64,000 nucleotides of DNA from an uncultured delta proteobacterium (GCA_963785725.1 CAWAWS010000037.1:30345-94344), one strand, 5' to 3'; shown: positions 29,816-40,788, counted from the stretch's first letter. The notes: generated from the letters alone by a model not told the origin. Program-made: numbers and translations.

Positions 29816-31192
29816 TTACTTCTCCAGCTCCTGCACGATCGCCCGCAAGTAGCGCACGCCCAGCGGAAACGAGGCCGCCGGCGCCGCTTCGTCCGGGCCG
29901 TGCGCCGTGCGTGTCAGCTCCTCCGGCTTGGCCAGGAGGCCGACGCCGTAGCTCTGAATGCCCACCTGCCGTAGGAAGCGCGAATCGGAGGCGCCGAGGC
30001 CGACGCGCGCCGCCACCGACACGTCGCTGCCGAAGACCGAGCGCGCCGCCCGCTCGACGGCATCGCGCACCGGCCCGCGCACCGGCACTTCGGGCCCGAC
30101 GCCGACGTCCGGCACCAGCTCGACGTCGGCCAGTCCCGCCACCAGCTGCTTCAGCGTGTCTTGCACCTGGCTCACCTTGTCGACGGGCAGGATGCGGCAG
30201 TTCACCGTCGCCCGCGCCTCGACCGGGAGCGCGTTGTCGCGCGTGCCGCCGGACAAGAGCGTGGCCACGCAGGTCGTGCGCATGGTCGCGCGCAGCGGCG
30301 GATAGGCGTCCATCGTCGCCAAGAGCGCGGGCGCGATGGTGTCGCCGGCGCTGTCGGCCGCGGCGCGCATGGCGCGAGCGCGCGCCTCCGGCTGCGCCGT
30401 CGCCATGGCGCGCAAGCTCTCGCGAATGACCGGCGACAGCCGCGTCGGAAACGCATACGCCGCCAGCTTGTCCAGCGCGCGCGACAGGCGATAGATCGCG
30501 TTCTCGTCGTTCGGCACCGACGAGTGGCCGCCCACGCCGTGCGCCACGAACACGAAGTCCTGAAACGTCTTCTCCGCCGTTCCCAAGTTGACGAGCCGCG
30601 CCTTGCCCGTCGAATCGAGGACGATGCCGCCGCCTTCGTTGAGCGCGTACTCCGCCTCGCCGAACAGATCGCGCCGGTGCTTGAGCAGATATTGAATGCC
30701 GGCGCCGCCCGACTCCTCGTCGCCGGTGAGCATCAAGATGACGTCGCGATGCAGCGGCGCGTGCGTGCGCGCCAGCTCCAAATAGAGCGCCGTGGCGATG
30801 GCCGCCCACGATTTGTCGTCGGTGACGCCGCGACCGTAGAGCCAGCCGTCCTTCTCGGTGACGGCAAAGGGCGGCATCGTCCACGGCTGCCCGGCCGCGC
30901 CCACCACGTCGAGGTGCGCCAGCAGGATCAGCGGCCGCTTCGTGCCGTCGCCGTGCAGCCGCGCCACCAGGTTCGCGCGCCCGGGCGCGAACTCGACGAG
31001 CGTCGACTGCAACCCGGCGTCGCGCAGCAGCTTGGCGATGACGACCGCCGGCTGCGCCTCGTTTCCGGGCGGATTCGACGTGTCGATGGCGACCAGCTCG
31101 TCCATGAGCCGGCGCGCCTGCATCTCGGTGGATTCGCCGGCGTGCAGCGCGCTCGAACACGCGAGCACGATAAGGAGGGTCGCCGCTTTCAT
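29816..31192 (-). CDS. Exported M20/M25/M40 metallopeptidase
   Basis: Signal peptide; AHLDVV, GRGVTDDK, GDEESGG, NEGG, GGHSS, AHGPDE. Confidence 0.88.
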   Translation of the reverse strand: MKAATLLIVLACSSALHAGESTEMQARRLMDELVAIDTSNPPGNEAQPAVVIAKLLRDAGLQSTLVEFAPGRANLVARLHGDGTKRPLILLAHLDVVGAAGQPWTMPPFAVTEKDGWLYGRGVTDDKSWAAIATALYLELARTHAPLHRDVILMLTGDEESGGAGIQYLLKHRRDLFGEAEYALNEGGGIVLDSTGKARLVNLGTAEKTFQDFVFVAHGVGGHSSVPNDENAIYRLSRALDKLAAYAFPTRLSPVIRESLRAMATAQPEARARAMRAAADSAGDTIAPALLATMDAYPPLRATMRTTCVATLLSGGTRDNALPVEARATVNCRILPVDKVSQVQDTLKQLVAGLADVELVPDVGVGPEVPVRGPVRDAVERAARSVFGSDVSVAARVGLGASDSRFLRQVGIQSYGVGLLAKPEELTRTAHGPDEAAPAASFPLGVRYLRAIVQELEK

Positions 31193-31267
31193 GTGCGGCG
31201 AACGTACTACGACTTGCGGGCCGGCGTGCGATTCGGCGTGACCGCCGCGCGGCGCCCGAGTGGGCGC

Positions 31268-31780
31268 TTAGGCCGCCAGCGCTTCCTGCAGCTCGCGCTT
31301 GAGGTGCGCCCGCGCCCGATAGGCCCGCGTCTTGACCGTGGCCACGTTGAGCGACAGCTTGCGCGCGATCTCCGACTCGGAGTAGCCCTCGACGAAGCGC
31401 ATCGCGAAGATCTGCCCGTACTTGTCGCCCAAGCGCGCCAGCCGATCGCCCGCGATCTGCACCGCCTCCGACGACGCCCACTGCTCTTCGGGCGTCGCCT
31501 CTTCGCCGCGCGGCTCGTCCGCGTCGGTCTCCTCGGCGTCGATCGATTGCAGCTGCGGCACGCGACGATCTTTGCGCAGATGCATCAAAGCAGTCGTGGC
31601 CGCGATGCGATATAGCCAGGTCGTGAAGCGCGAGTCGCCGCGAAAGCTCGCGCGATGGCGATACGCCAGCAGGAGCGCATCCTGCGTCACGTCGTGCGCC
31701 TTCTCTTCGTCTTTCATGTACTTCATGGCGACGCCGTAAACGAACTCGCGCTCTTTGGCGGTGAACCGCAGCGTATCCAT
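31268..31780 (-). CDS. ECF-type RNA polymerase sigma factor
   Basis: AHDVTQDALL, FRGDSRFTTWLYRIA, GYSESEIA, TVKTRAYRAR. Confidence 0.9.
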   Translation of the reverse strand: MDTLRFTAKEREFVYGVAMKYMKDEEKAHDVTQDALLLAYRHRASFRGDSRFTTWLYRIAATTALMHLRKDRRVPQLQSIDAEETDADEPRGEEATPEEQWASSEAVQIAGDRLARLGDKYGQIFAMRFVEGYSESEIARKLSLNVATVKTRAYRARAHLKRELQEALAA

Positions 31781-31809
31781 CGTTTTCACCCCTTTTGTAA
31801 TTTTCGTTT

Positions 31810-31826
31810 TGCACCGCTAGTGCCAG
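31810..31826 (-). promoter_or_regulatory. Sigma54 (-24/-12) promoter of the ECF sigma gene
   Basis: Minus strand CTGGCACTAGCGGTGCA = GG-N10-GC with TGGCAC and TGCA, about 30 nt upstream of the start codon. Confidence 0.65.
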
Positions 31827-31876
31827 TGAGCGCATCGAACGATCACCAAGGCTTAGGTCCGCGTCGGGGGGATGGC

Positions 31877-31926
31877 TGTCCAACGAATTAGACATTTCGG
31901 CGTCTCGCTGGACGGACCTGTCCAGC
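31877..31926. promoter_or_regulatory. Candidate enhancer (EBP-binding) sites
   Basis: Imperfect inverted repeat TGTCCAACGAATTAGACA (31877-31894); second TGTCCA half-site 42 nt away (31919), facing CTGGAC at 31908. Confidence 0.4.
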
Positions 31927-31944
31927 GGGAGTAACGTCGGGCGC

Positions 31945-33081
31945 ATGGCGGCGCCCGCGGTCTACGTCGTCGACGACGACACGCTCGTGACCGAAAGCCT
32001 GTCGCGCGCGCTGGCGCTCGAGACCGATTGGCGCGTGCTCGCATTCAACGACGGCGCCAACGCGCTGGCCGCCATGCCGCGCATGCCGCCCGACGCCGTC
32101 TTGTCCGACTTCAAGATGCCGGGCATGGACGGTCTCGTCTTTCTCGGCCGCGTACGTGCGCAGTTTCCCGACACGGTGCTGATGCTGCTGACGGGTTACG
32201 CCGACAAAGAGAGCGCCATCCGCGCCATCAACGAAGTCGGCATCTGGCAGTACGTCGAGAAGCCGTGGGACTTGGGCGATCTGATCGTGAAGATCCGCCA
32301 AGGCCTCGAGCGACGGGCGTTGGTGGGCGAGCTGCGGCACAAGAATTCGACGCTGGAGTCGCGGCTCGACGAGCTCGAGCGCGCGCACGACGAGCTGGTG
32401 CGCGCCGAGCGGATGGCGGCGGTCGGGCGCGTGGCGTCGGGGCTGGCGCACGAGATCGGCAACCAGCTGGCGCTCGTCGGTTACGCCGAGGCCATTCGCG
32501 AGCGCGTCGTCGATCCCGAGGTCGCCAACTTCGCCGACGTCATCGTCGCCGCGCAGCGCCGGCTGGCCGCGCTCGTCGACGAAATCAAAGACTTCGCGCG
32601 CGGCGCCGCCGCCGGCTACCACCGCGAGCCGGGCGATGTCGCGGCCGCCGTCGAAGAGGCGCTCGGCATCCTGCGCTTCGACGCCGACGTCAAGGCCCAT
32701 CGCCTCAATGTGCAGCTGATCCGCCGGCCGCTCGGGCTCATTCATCGCGGCAAGATCACGCAGGTCATCGTCAACCTCGTGCGCAACGCGGCGCAGGCGT
32801 CGCCCCTCGGCGCCGAGGTCGACGTCATCGTCGATGAAGACGCGAGCGGCAGCGCCGTCATTCGCGTGCTCGATCGCGGGCACGGCATGGAGCCGCACGT
32901 CGTGGCGCGCTTGGGCGAGCCGTTCTTCACGACCAAGGAGCGCGGCAGCGGCCTCGGGCTCGGCATCAGCCGCCGCGTCGTCGACGAGCACCGCGGCAGC
33001 CTCGAGATCCGCTCGGCGCCCGGCAGCGGCACCGAAGTCGTCGTCACCTTGCCGCCGCTGGACGACGAAGGCGTCGAGTGA
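31945..33081 (+). CDS. Cytoplasmic hybrid histidine kinase (REC-HisKA-HATPase)
   Basis: VVDDD, SDFKMPGMDG, EKPW; LAHEIGN H-box, NLVRNA, DRGHG, FFTTK, GSGLGL. Confidence 0.9.
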   Translation: MAAPAVYVVDDDTLVTESLSRALALETDWRVLAFNDGANALAAMPRMPPDAVLSDFKMPGMDGLVFLGRVRAQFPDTVLMLLTGYADKESAIRAINEVGIWQYVEKPWDLGDLIVKIRQGLERRALVGELRHKNSTLESRLDELERAHDELVRAERMAAVGRVASGLAHEIGNQLALVGYAEAIRERVVDPEVANFADVIVAAQRRLAALVDEIKDFARGAAAGYHREPGDVAAAVEEALGILRFDADVKAHRLNVQLIRRPLGLIHRGKITQVIVNLVRNAAQASPLGAEVDVIVDEDASGSAVIRVLDRGHGMEPHVVARLGEPFFTTKERGSGLGLGISRRVVDEHRGSLEIRSAPGSGTEVVVTLPPLDDEGVE

Positions 33082-33126
33082 GCGCGCGAACGTGAGCGAA
33101 GCCCGTAGGGCCCGGATGGCAGCGCG

Positions 33127-34503
33127 ATGAGCCGCGTCCTCGTCGTCGATGACGAGCCGGGGTTCGCCAAGCTGGTGCAGGCGCTGCTCGGCTCGGAGCA
33201 CGCCATCGACGAGGTGTCATCGGCGGAAGCGGCCTTGGCCTCGCTCGACGAAGTGGCCTACGACGTCGTGCTCACCGACTTGCACATGCCGCCCGGGCCG
33301 ACGGGCATCGAGCTCATGCGCCGCGCCCGCGAGCGCGACGTCGACATCCCGTTCATCATGCTCACCGGCCACGCCACCGTCGAGAGCGCGGTCGACGCCA
33401 TGCGCGAAGGCGCCTTCGATTACCTGCGCAAGACCGCGCCCGCCGACGAATTACGCTCGTCGGTGGCGCGCGCGCTCGGCCACGGCCGCATGCTGCGCGA
33501 GGTGCGCCGGCTGCGCGGCGAGGTGGCCGAGGCGCGCGGGCTCGCCAATCGCCCCGTCGGCAACTCCACGCGCATCCGCGACGTCATGCAGCTGGCCGAG
33601 CGCGTGGCGCAGTCCGACGCCAGCGTCATGATCTACGGCGAATCGGGCACCGGCAAGGAGCTGCTGGCGCGCGTCATCCATCGCAACAGCGCGCGTAAAG
33701 ACGGACCGTTCGTGGCCTTCGACTGCTCGGCGCTGGCGCCTTCGCTCGTCGAGTCGGAGCTGTTCGGCCACGAGAAAGGCGCGTTCACCGGCGCCCAGCG
33801 CGCGCGTCGCGGCCTCTTCCGCGAAGCCTCGGGCGGCACGCTCTTCCTCGACGAAATCGGCGACGTCGCGCCCGAGGTGCAGAACAAGCTCCTGCGCGTC
33901 ATTCAGGAGCGCGAGGTCAAGCCCGTCGGCGGCGACGTGTTCGTCAAGATCGACGTGCGCATCTTGGCGGCGACGAACAAGAACCTGCGGCAGCTCATTC
34001 GCGACGGTAAATTCCGTGAGGATCTGTATTACCGCTTGGCGGTCGTGCCGCTCGAGCTGCCGCCGTTGCGCGAGCGCAAAGACGACATTCCCGAGCTCGT
34101 CGCCTACTTCCTGGCGCGGCGGCGCGGCGCCGGTCCGCGGCCGACGAAGATGTCGCCGGCGGCGCTGTTGCGGCTCGACGCCTATCACTGGCCGGGCAAC
34201 ATTCGCGAGCTGGAGAACGTGGTCGAGCGCGCGGCCATCTTGTCCGACGGCCAAGAGATCCAGGCGCGCGACCTGCCGCCGCTCGACATCGCGCACGCTT
34301 CGCCCAGCGACGGCGGCGACGGCGGTGACGACGCGCGGCCGCTCAAAGAGCGCGTGCAGGCGGCGACCCGCATGATCGAGCGCCAGGCGCTGCTCGAGGC
34401 GCTGCAGGCGTCGGACGGCTCGCCCACGCGCGCGGCCAAACGGCTCGGCATCTCGCGCGCGTCGTTCTACAACAAGCTCAAAGAGCACGAAATCAACCTG
34501 TAA
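33127..34503 (+). CDS. Sigma54-dependent response regulator (NtrC family)
   Basis: REC domain; GESGTGKE, ELFGHEKGAFTGA, LFLDEIG, WPGNIRELEN; C-terminal Fis-type HTH. Confidence 0.93.
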   Translation: MSRVLVVDDEPGFAKLVQALLGSEHAIDEVSSAEAALASLDEVAYDVVLTDLHMPPGPTGIELMRRARERDVDIPFIMLTGHATVESAVDAMREGAFDYLRKTAPADELRSSVARALGHGRMLREVRRLRGEVAEARGLANRPVGNSTRIRDVMQLAERVAQSDASVMIYGESGTGKELLARVIHRNSARKDGPFVAFDCSALAPSLVESELFGHEKGAFTGAQRARRGLFREASGGTLFLDEIGDVAPEVQNKLLRVIQEREVKPVGGDVFVKIDVRILAATNKNLRQLIRDGKFREDLYYRLAVVPLELPPLRERKDDIPELVAYFLARRRGAGPRPTKMSPAALLRLDAYHWPGNIRELENVVERAAILSDGQEIQARDLPPLDIAHASPSDGGDGGDDARPLKERVQAATRMIERQALLEALQASDGSPTRAAKRLGISRASFYNKLKEHEINL

Positions 34504-34591
34504 GCGTGCTCGACATTCGACGGGCGAACATTAGAATGCCGCGCAGTGGAGGCTTCATGAACGCGCGTAACGAGCAGCTTTCGGTGGTCGC

Positions 34592-35606
34592 ATGAGCACG
34601 AACGTCACCCTCATCCGCGGCGACGGCATCGGCCCCGAGATCAGCGACGCCACGCTGCGCATCTTGAAGCACGCCGGCGCCGACTTGACCTTCGACGAGC
34701 AGCTGGCCGGCCTGACCGCGGTCGAGAAGGCCAAGAATCCGCTGCCGCAGGCGACGATCGACTCGATCGAGAAGACGCGGCTGGCGCTCAAAGGCCCGCT
34801 GGCGACGCCCAAAGGCGAAGGCTACCGCTCGGTCAACGTGGCGCTGCGCCAGCACTTCGACCTCTACGCCAACGTCCGCCCGGTGCACACGCTGGCCGGC
34901 GTGCCCAGCCGCTACACCGACATCGACTTGTGCGTCGTACGCGAGAACACCGAGGACATCTACGCCGGCATCGAGCACTACGTCGGCCCGGGACGCATGG
35001 CGGCAGAGTCGATCGCCGTCATCACGCGCCACGGCTCGGAGCGCATCGTGCGCTGGGCCTTCGAGTACGCCCGCCGCGAGAAGCGCAAGCGCGTGTCGCT
35101 CGTGCACAAAGCCAACATCCTCAAGTTCTCCAACGGCCTGTTCCTCGACGTCGGCCGTGAAGTGGCCAAGGAATACTCCGACATCGCCTTCGACGACATC
35201 ATCGTCGACGCGTGCGCCATGGCGCTCGTCAAGGCGCCGGAGAAGATCGACATCATCGTCACCACCAACTTGTTCGGCGACATCTTGAGCGATTCTTTGC
35301 TCGGGGCTCGTCGGCGGTTTGGGCGTCGCGCCCGGCGCCAACATCGGCAAGGACGCCGCCATCTTCGAGGCCGTTCACGGCACGGCGCCCGACATCGCCG
35401 GCCAAGGGCTGGCCAACCCGACGGCGCTGACGCTGGCCGGCGTGCAGCTGCTCGAGCACGTCGGGCAGCGCGAGCCGGCGGCGCGCATCCGCAAGGCCGT
35501 GACCGCGGCGCTCGCCAACGGCGCCGAGCGCACGCGCGACTTGGGCGGCCAAGCGGACACGAAGACGTTCACCGACGCCGTCCTGCGTCACATCGACGAA
35601 GGTTAG
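34592..35606 (+). CDS. Isocitrate/isopropylmalate dehydrogenase family (NAD-IDH-like), +1 frameshift near 35294
   Basis: GDGIGPEI, SVNVALR, RENTED, HKANILK, NLFGDILSD, then in the shifted frame LCSGLVGGLG, FEAVHGTAPDIAG, ANPTA, TRDLGG. Confidence 0.88.
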
Positions 35607-35643
35607 TCCTCGCTCGCGCGGACGCGGAAGCTCCGGCGATCGC

Positions 35644-35757
35644 CGCGGCGTTCGGCTTCGTTCTCCCGCGATCGCCGGATGTTCGCGCCGGCGACGCGGC
35701 GTTCACCCTCGTTTCCCGCGATCGCCGCATATTGGCGCCGTCTCCCGCGATCGTCGC
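35644..35757. repeat. Imperfect direct repeat, about 47-nt unit (two copies plus a partial third)
   Basis: CGCGGCGTTC..CGTT(C)TCCCGCGATCGCC..AT.TT.GCGCCG at 35644 and 35695; partial TCTCCCGCGATCG at 35741. Confidence 0.55.
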
Positions 35758-35862
35758 CGCAAACGCACATCGACGGAAACCAACGTCCCCGGCCGCGGAA
35801 GGCGTTTGACCTTCGCCGCTATCGAATGTCGCCGATCGGGCCGAAATCGACTGGCCCGCGCC

Positions 35863-36318
35863 ATGCTCTCTGGCATTGGCGTGGGCCCCACCGATCGCAT
35901 CCCGGGTTTTGCCATCTGCGCCTGCTGCGGCAGCCGCCGCCAGCTCGCCTCCTGCCACGACTGCGGCCTGCTCGCTTGCGGAGACTGCCGCGGCGAGCGC
36001 GCCTGCGCCGCCTGCCACCGCGATCGGCAGCGGGAGGCGACCCGGCTGCGACGGCGCGCCCGCATCGCCGAGGTCGGCCGGCGCACGGCGCTCGTCGCGC
36101 TCGTCGGGATCTCGGGCGTCGCGGGCATGGGCGTGGCGACGCTGCCCGCTCTCATGCCCACGGCGTTCGTCGCCGGCCTCGACGGCCATCGCGTCAAGCT
36201 CGACCAGCCGCGCTCGCTGCCGCCCATCGCCGCCGTCACGGCGTGGGGCCAGCCCGTCTTACTGCACTGCTACGCCTGCGGCGACGGCATCACCTGCTTC
36301 ATGATCGACGGCAACTGA
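35863..36318 (+). CDS. Small Cys-rich (Zn-finger-like) single-pass membrane protein
   Basis: CACC..CHDC..CGDC..CAAC, one hydrophobic segment, C-terminal CYAC..C; start uncertain. Confidence 0.5.
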   Translation: MLSGIGVGPTDRIPGFAICACCGSRRQLASCHDCGLLACGDCRGERACAACHRDRQREATRLRRRARIAEVGRRTALVALVGISGVAGMGVATLPALMPTAFVAGLDGHRVKLDQPRSLPPIAAVTAWGQPVLLHCYACGDGITCFMIDGN

Positions 36319-36388
36319 GAACGGCGCTTCGGCTGAATCGCCAGCAAGAGTAGGCGAACGGGTAGGGCGGAAAGCGAAGGCGGAGCTG

Positions 36389-37476
36389 TTAACGCGCGGA
36401 CTCGTTGCGCTCGGCCAGGCGGCGAACGCGTGCCGAGCGGCGCTGGCGACGCTTCAAGCGCCGGCGGTCGCGCTTACGCCACGGCTCGCCCGGCGGCGCC
36501 GTGATTCCCGGCGTGCAGCGCACGGTCAGCCGCGGCAGCGACGGCAAATCCGCCAGCCGCTCGGGATAATGCAGCCCCGGCTCGGCCAAGTCGTCGATCT
36601 GCGCCGCGCGCACGAAGGCATCTTCGCTCGCGCGCGTGAACTCGCCGGCGTCGAAGTAGGCGTACGCCAAGTTGCACAGCTCGATGAGCCGGCGCTCGGA
36701 CGCGCGCGTAGAAGTCCCAAAAGCGGAAGACCTCGTTCTCGAAATAGCGCGGCTTGAGCAGCGGATCGCGGTGCTTCTTCGTCGAGTTCAGCTGCGCGAT
36801 CGGCAACGACACGAGCAGCCCGAAGTGACGGAAGCTGCGCACCCAGCCGGCCCACGTCTTGGCCTCGGGCGCGTCGCCGTACACGCCGCGATAGGCGTCC
36901 TGCATGAACTGCACGATCGGCCACTCGACCTTCGCCTGCGTGACCGAGCCGTCTTTGACGATGAGCGACATCTGCCGAAATTCCGGCGTGCCGATGGGAT
37001 CGTCGACCGAGCCGCTCCATGTGGAAGAACAGCGCCTGATACTTCTCGGTCAGCCGATGGTGCATCGACTCGTGCGCGCCGAACGCCGCCGTGTCACGCC
37101 GCGCGCAGTAATTGACCAGCGGATGCAAGGTCAGATCGAGCGCCGCGTGCGACACCAAGCCGGCGACGAGCGCCAGCCGCTCGTCGCGCGTCAGCGGACC
37201 GGGCGTCGTCGCCGCGGCGCGAATGAACGAGGCCACGAAGCGATCGGGCCGCACCGAGTGCATGCGATAGGCCCACGGCTCGTCGAGCGCCGGCGAGCCG
37301 AGCCCATAGCGCACGGCCTCGGCCAGCATGTTTCCGTAGTAGGGCAGATCGTGAAAGATCGAACCGAGGCGCACATAGACCGGCTCGCTGGCGCAAGCGC
37401 GGCGCAGCGCGGGATGAATGGACTGCTGATCTTTGACCGTTTGGCCGAAAGTCAGGTGGAACTGCGGAGCGGGCAT
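36389..37476 (-). CDS. Zinc-dependent phospholipase C family protein, frameshifts near 37005 and 36701
   Basis: N-terminal MP...H, GSIFHD, MH, GLVSHAALD..HP, HRLTE; three ORF pieces join. Confidence 0.7.
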
Positions 37477-37491
37477 CGGTCCAGTTGACTA

Positions 37492-38157
37492 TCACACGAC
37501 GCCGCGCCGCACCAGGACCAGCGTCACCGGCGCGCCCGGCGCTGGTCGGGCCACTGGCTGCTCGCGTAAGGCGCGATATCCGTCGGGAATTTGCTCGACG
37601 CCCGCTTGGGCGTAGACGGCCACGGCGTCGCCAGCGCGCAGGGACAGCTCCTGCAGCCGGCCGGGCAGCTGCCGCGCCGGCTCGAGCTCGTGCAGCCAGC
37701 GCCGCTTGCCCGACTCCGGCAGCTCGAGCTCGGCAGCACCGTCGAGCCTGAGCGGGCCATGCACACGCAGCCGCTTGCCGGTCGTCGTCTCGACGTCGAG
37801 CGTGGCTGCGCGGCCGTACCACACGAAGAGCGCGCCGGCGTCGTTCGCCAGCCGCAACGTCGTCGCCAAGCAGCGATCGCCGATGACGAACGACTGCACC
37901 ATCGTCGTCCCCGTGGCGTCGACCGCGGCGCGCGCGACGCCTTCGGCCAGCAGCTGACCGCGCAGCCGCTGCGGCATGAGCGCCGTCAAGCGCAGGCGGG
38001 CGCGGCCGAGCCGGCGCAGCCAGCCCGAGCCGATGTCGCGCGCGAACAGCGCCGTCGGCCGTCGCAGCCACGTCGACGGCTCCGGCTCGTCGCAGGCCGC
38101 GCAGCGCGGCGCCGGCGGCTGCACCAGCCGACACGCCGTGCAGGTCACCCAGGACAT
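37492..38157 (-). CDS. Hypothetical protein with N-terminal Zn ribbon
   Basis: CTAC-x9-CAAC; C-terminal GYR motif; same strand as its neighbours. Confidence 0.55.
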   Translation of the reverse strand: MSWVTCTACRLVQPPAPRCAACDEPEPSTWLRRPTALFARDIGSGWLRRLGRARLRLTALMPQRLRGQLLAEGVARAAVDATGTTMVQSFVIGDRCLATTLRLANDAGALFVWYGRAATLDVETTTGKRLRVHGPLRLDGAAELELPESGKRRWLHELEPARQLPGRLQELSLRAGDAVAVYAQAGVEQIPDGYRALREQPVARPAPGAPVTLVLVRRGVV

Positions 38158-38237
38158 GCCCACAACTTAGACCGCTTTCGCCCGAAAGTGAGCGTCGCGA
38201 CGACGGTTCCGCGCCCGAGCCGACGCGCGCCGACGGC

Positions 38238-38285
38238 AAAAAAAGAGCCGGCCGCCGAGGCGCTGTTGCACCAAGGCGGCCGGCT
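38238..38285 (-). terminator. Rho-independent terminator of the clpB-dnaJ-lon unit
   Basis: 11-bp stem AGCCGGCCGCC/GGCGGCCGGCT followed by a T7 run on the minus strand, about 30 nt after the lon stop. Confidence 0.8.
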
Positions 38286-38313
38286 GAATGGCTAGTGACA
38301 GTCGTGTTACGCG

Positions 38314-40692
38314 TTAGGCGCTGATCTGCGGCTGCACGAACGGCGACGGGGTCTCGATCGGAATCGCCACTTCGTCCTCCAGCGCCGCCTTCAAGGTCTC
38401 TTCCACCTTCTTGACCAGGATGATCTCCATCGTGTTCTTCACCTCGTCCGGCAGCTCGACGAGATCCTTGCCGTTCCGCTCGGGCAGGATGACGCGCTTG
38501 ATGCCCGCGCGATGTGCCGCCAAGAGCTTCTCCTTGATGCCACCGACCGGCATCACGTTGCCGCGCAGCGAGATCTCGCCCGTCATGGCCACGTCTCCGC
38601 GCACGCGCCGTCCGGTCAAGAGCGACACCATCGCCGACAAGATCGCGTTACCCGCCGACGGACCATCCTTGGGCGTGCCGCCTGCCGGCACGTGCAAGTG
38701 CAAGTCGGTCTTCTCCAAGAAGTCGACCGGGATGCCGAGCTGCGTCGCGTGCGCTCGCACGTACGACAACGCCGCCTGCGCCGACTCCTTCATGACCGAC
38801 CCGAGCTGACCGGTCAGCACGAGCTGACCCTTGCCCGGCATGCGCGACACCTCGATGAAGAGGATGTCGCCGCCCGTCGGCGTCCACGCGAGGCCCGTGG
38901 CCACGCCCGGCTGCTCGACGCGCTCGGCGATCTCGCTGAAGATCTTGGCCGGCCCCAAGTATTCGGCCACCTCGGCCATGCCGACGTTGGGCTCGAACTT
39001 GTCGCTCGACGCCACCTTCACCGCGACGCCGCGCACGACCGCCGCGATCTCGCGCTCCAAGTTACGCACGCCCGCTTCCCGCGTGTAGTGCTCGATGATC
39101 TCGTCGAGCGCGTCGTCCTCGATCTTGACGTGCTCGGCCGTCAAGCCGTGCTCGGCGAGCTGCTTCGGCACCAGGTACTTCTGCGCGATCTGATGCTTCT
39201 CGCGCAGCGTGTAACCGGGCAGCTCCAGGATCTCCATGCGATCCCGAAGCGGCGGCGGAATCGGCGACAGATCGTTCGCCGTCGCCACGAAGATGCACTC
39301 CGACAGGTCGAACGTCACTTCGAGATAGTGGTCGCTGAAGGTGTTGTTCTGCTCGGGGTCGAGCACTTCCAACAGCGCCGCCGACGGATCGCCGCGGAAA
39401 TCGGCGCCCAGCTTGTCGATCTCGTCGAGCATGAAGACCGGGTTGTGCGTCCCGGCGCGCTTCATGCCTTGGATGATGCGACCGGGCAGCGCGCCGATGT
39501 ACGTGCGGCGATGGCCGCGGATCTCCGACTCGTCGCGCACGCCGCCCAGCGAAATGCGCACGAACTCGCGACCGAGCGCGCGGGCGATCGACTTGCCGAG
39601 CGACGTCTTGCCGACGCCCGGCGGGCCGGCCAGGCACAAGATCGGCGCCTTCTTGTTGGGCGCCAGCTTGCGCACGGCCAAGTACTCGAGGATGCGCCGC
39701 TTGATCTTCTGCAGATCGTAGTGATCCTCGTCGAGGATGCGGCGCGCCTCGGCCAGATCCAGCCGATCTTCCGTCTTCTTCGACCACGGCAGCTCCACGA
39801 GCCACTCGAGGTAGGTCCGCGTGACGGTGTACTCCGCCGACGCCGACGGCATGCTCTTCAAGCGGTCGAGCTGCTTCTTGGCGACCTTGAGCGCGTCCTC
39901 GGGCATGCCCGCGGCTTTGATCTTCTCCTCGAACTCCGAGGTGTCTTCGCCGTCTTCGGACTCGCCCAGCTCCTCCTGAATCGCCTTGAGCTTCTGGCGC
40001 AGGACCGCTTCACGCTGATGACGCGAGAACTCCTCACGCACCTGCGTATCGATCTTCTCTTTGACTTCGAACACCTGCACGCGATGCTGCAGGCTCTCGA
40101 GCACCTTCTTCAGGCGCTTCGGGACGTCGAGCTCGGCGAGCAGCGCGATGCGCTCGTCGGTCGACTGCTCGAGGTTGGCCGAGGCCACGTCGGCCAGCCG
40201 CGACGGCTCACGAATGCCGTCGAGAATTTGTCCCGTCTCGTCGGGGATATCGGGCGACAGCGCGATCACCTTCTTGCAGGTGTCGCGCACGGCCAGCGCA
40301 AGGCCATCGGCCTCCGGCGACTCGGCGTTGCGCTCCTCGACGGGATGAACATCGGCCATCAAGTACGGCTGCACCTGCGAGAAGACGCCGAGCCGGCGCC
40401 GCTCGAGGCCGCGAATCACGACCGTGACTCGCGTATCGGACAACTTCACCACTTTGAGCACTTCGGCTTCGACACCGATGGTGTGCAGATCTTCGGGCGA
40501 AGGCTCTTCGACTTGGGGATCGCGCTGCGTCGCGATCATGACGCGAGCCGGCTGCCGCTTGACGACATCCTCGACGAGCTTGAGCGAGCCGGCGCGGCCA
40601 ACATCGACCGGCAGGACCACGCCCGGGAACAGGACGAGGTTGCGAAGCGGGAGAACGGGGAGCGTCTGCACCGCAGGCTTTTTTGCTTCCAT
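38314..40692 (-). CDS. lon: Lon (endopeptidase La)
   Basis: [47 protein letters not shown]. Confidence 0.96.
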   Translation of the reverse strand: MEAKKPAVQTLPVLPLRNLVLFPGVVLPVDVGRAGSLKLVEDVVKRQPARVMIATQRDPQVEEPSPEDLHTIGVEAEVLKVVKLSDTRVTVVIRGLERRRLGVFSQVQPYLMADVHPVEERNAESPEADGLALAVRDTCKKVIALSPDIPDETGQILDGIREPSRLADVASANLEQSTDERIALLAELDVPKRLKKVLESLQHRVQVFEVKEKIDTQVREEFSRHQREAVLRQKLKAIQEELGESEDGEDTSEFEEKIKAAGMPEDALKVAKKQLDRLKSMPSASAEYTVTRTYLEWLVELPWSKKTEDRLDLAEARRILDEDHYDLQKIKRRILEYLAVRKLAPNKKAPILCLAGPPGVGKTSLGKSIARALGREFVRISLGGVRDESEIRGHRRTYIGALPGRIIQGMKRAGTHNPVFMLDEIDKLGADFRGDPSAALLEVLDPEQNNTFSDHYLEVTFDLSECIFVATANDLSPIPPPLRDRMEILELPGYTLREKHQIAQKYLVPKQLAEHGLTAEHVKIEDDALDEIIEHYTREAGVRNLEREIAAVVRGVAVKVASSDKFEPNVGMAEVAEYLGPAKIFSEIAERVEQPGVATGLAWTPTGGDILFIEVSRMPGKGQLVLTGQLGSVMKESAQAALSYVRAHATQLGIPVDFLEKTDLHLHVPAGGTPKDGPSAGNAILSAMVSLLTGRRVRGDVAMTGEISLRGNVMPVGGIKEKLLAAHRAGIKRVILPERNGKDLVELPDEVKNTMEIILVKKVEETLKAALEDEVAIPIETPSPFVQPQISA

Positions 40693-40788
40693 GGTTAATA
40701 GTTAAGCCTTACGGCGGTTCGTCGCAATGGCGCGACGTGCGGCACGGACCCGACGGTGACGAATTTTTCGCCGCCGGGTGGCGACCAG

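Noticed and set aside
28992..31946. Long Arg/Ala/Gly-rich ORFs such as 28992-31946 (-), 41801-44266 (+) and 38512-40698 (+)
   Set aside because: Shadow frames of well-supported genes, expected at high GC; no motifs
35633..35760. CRISPR array
   Set aside because: Repeats are imperfect, few, lack spacer-sized gaps, and no cas genes are present
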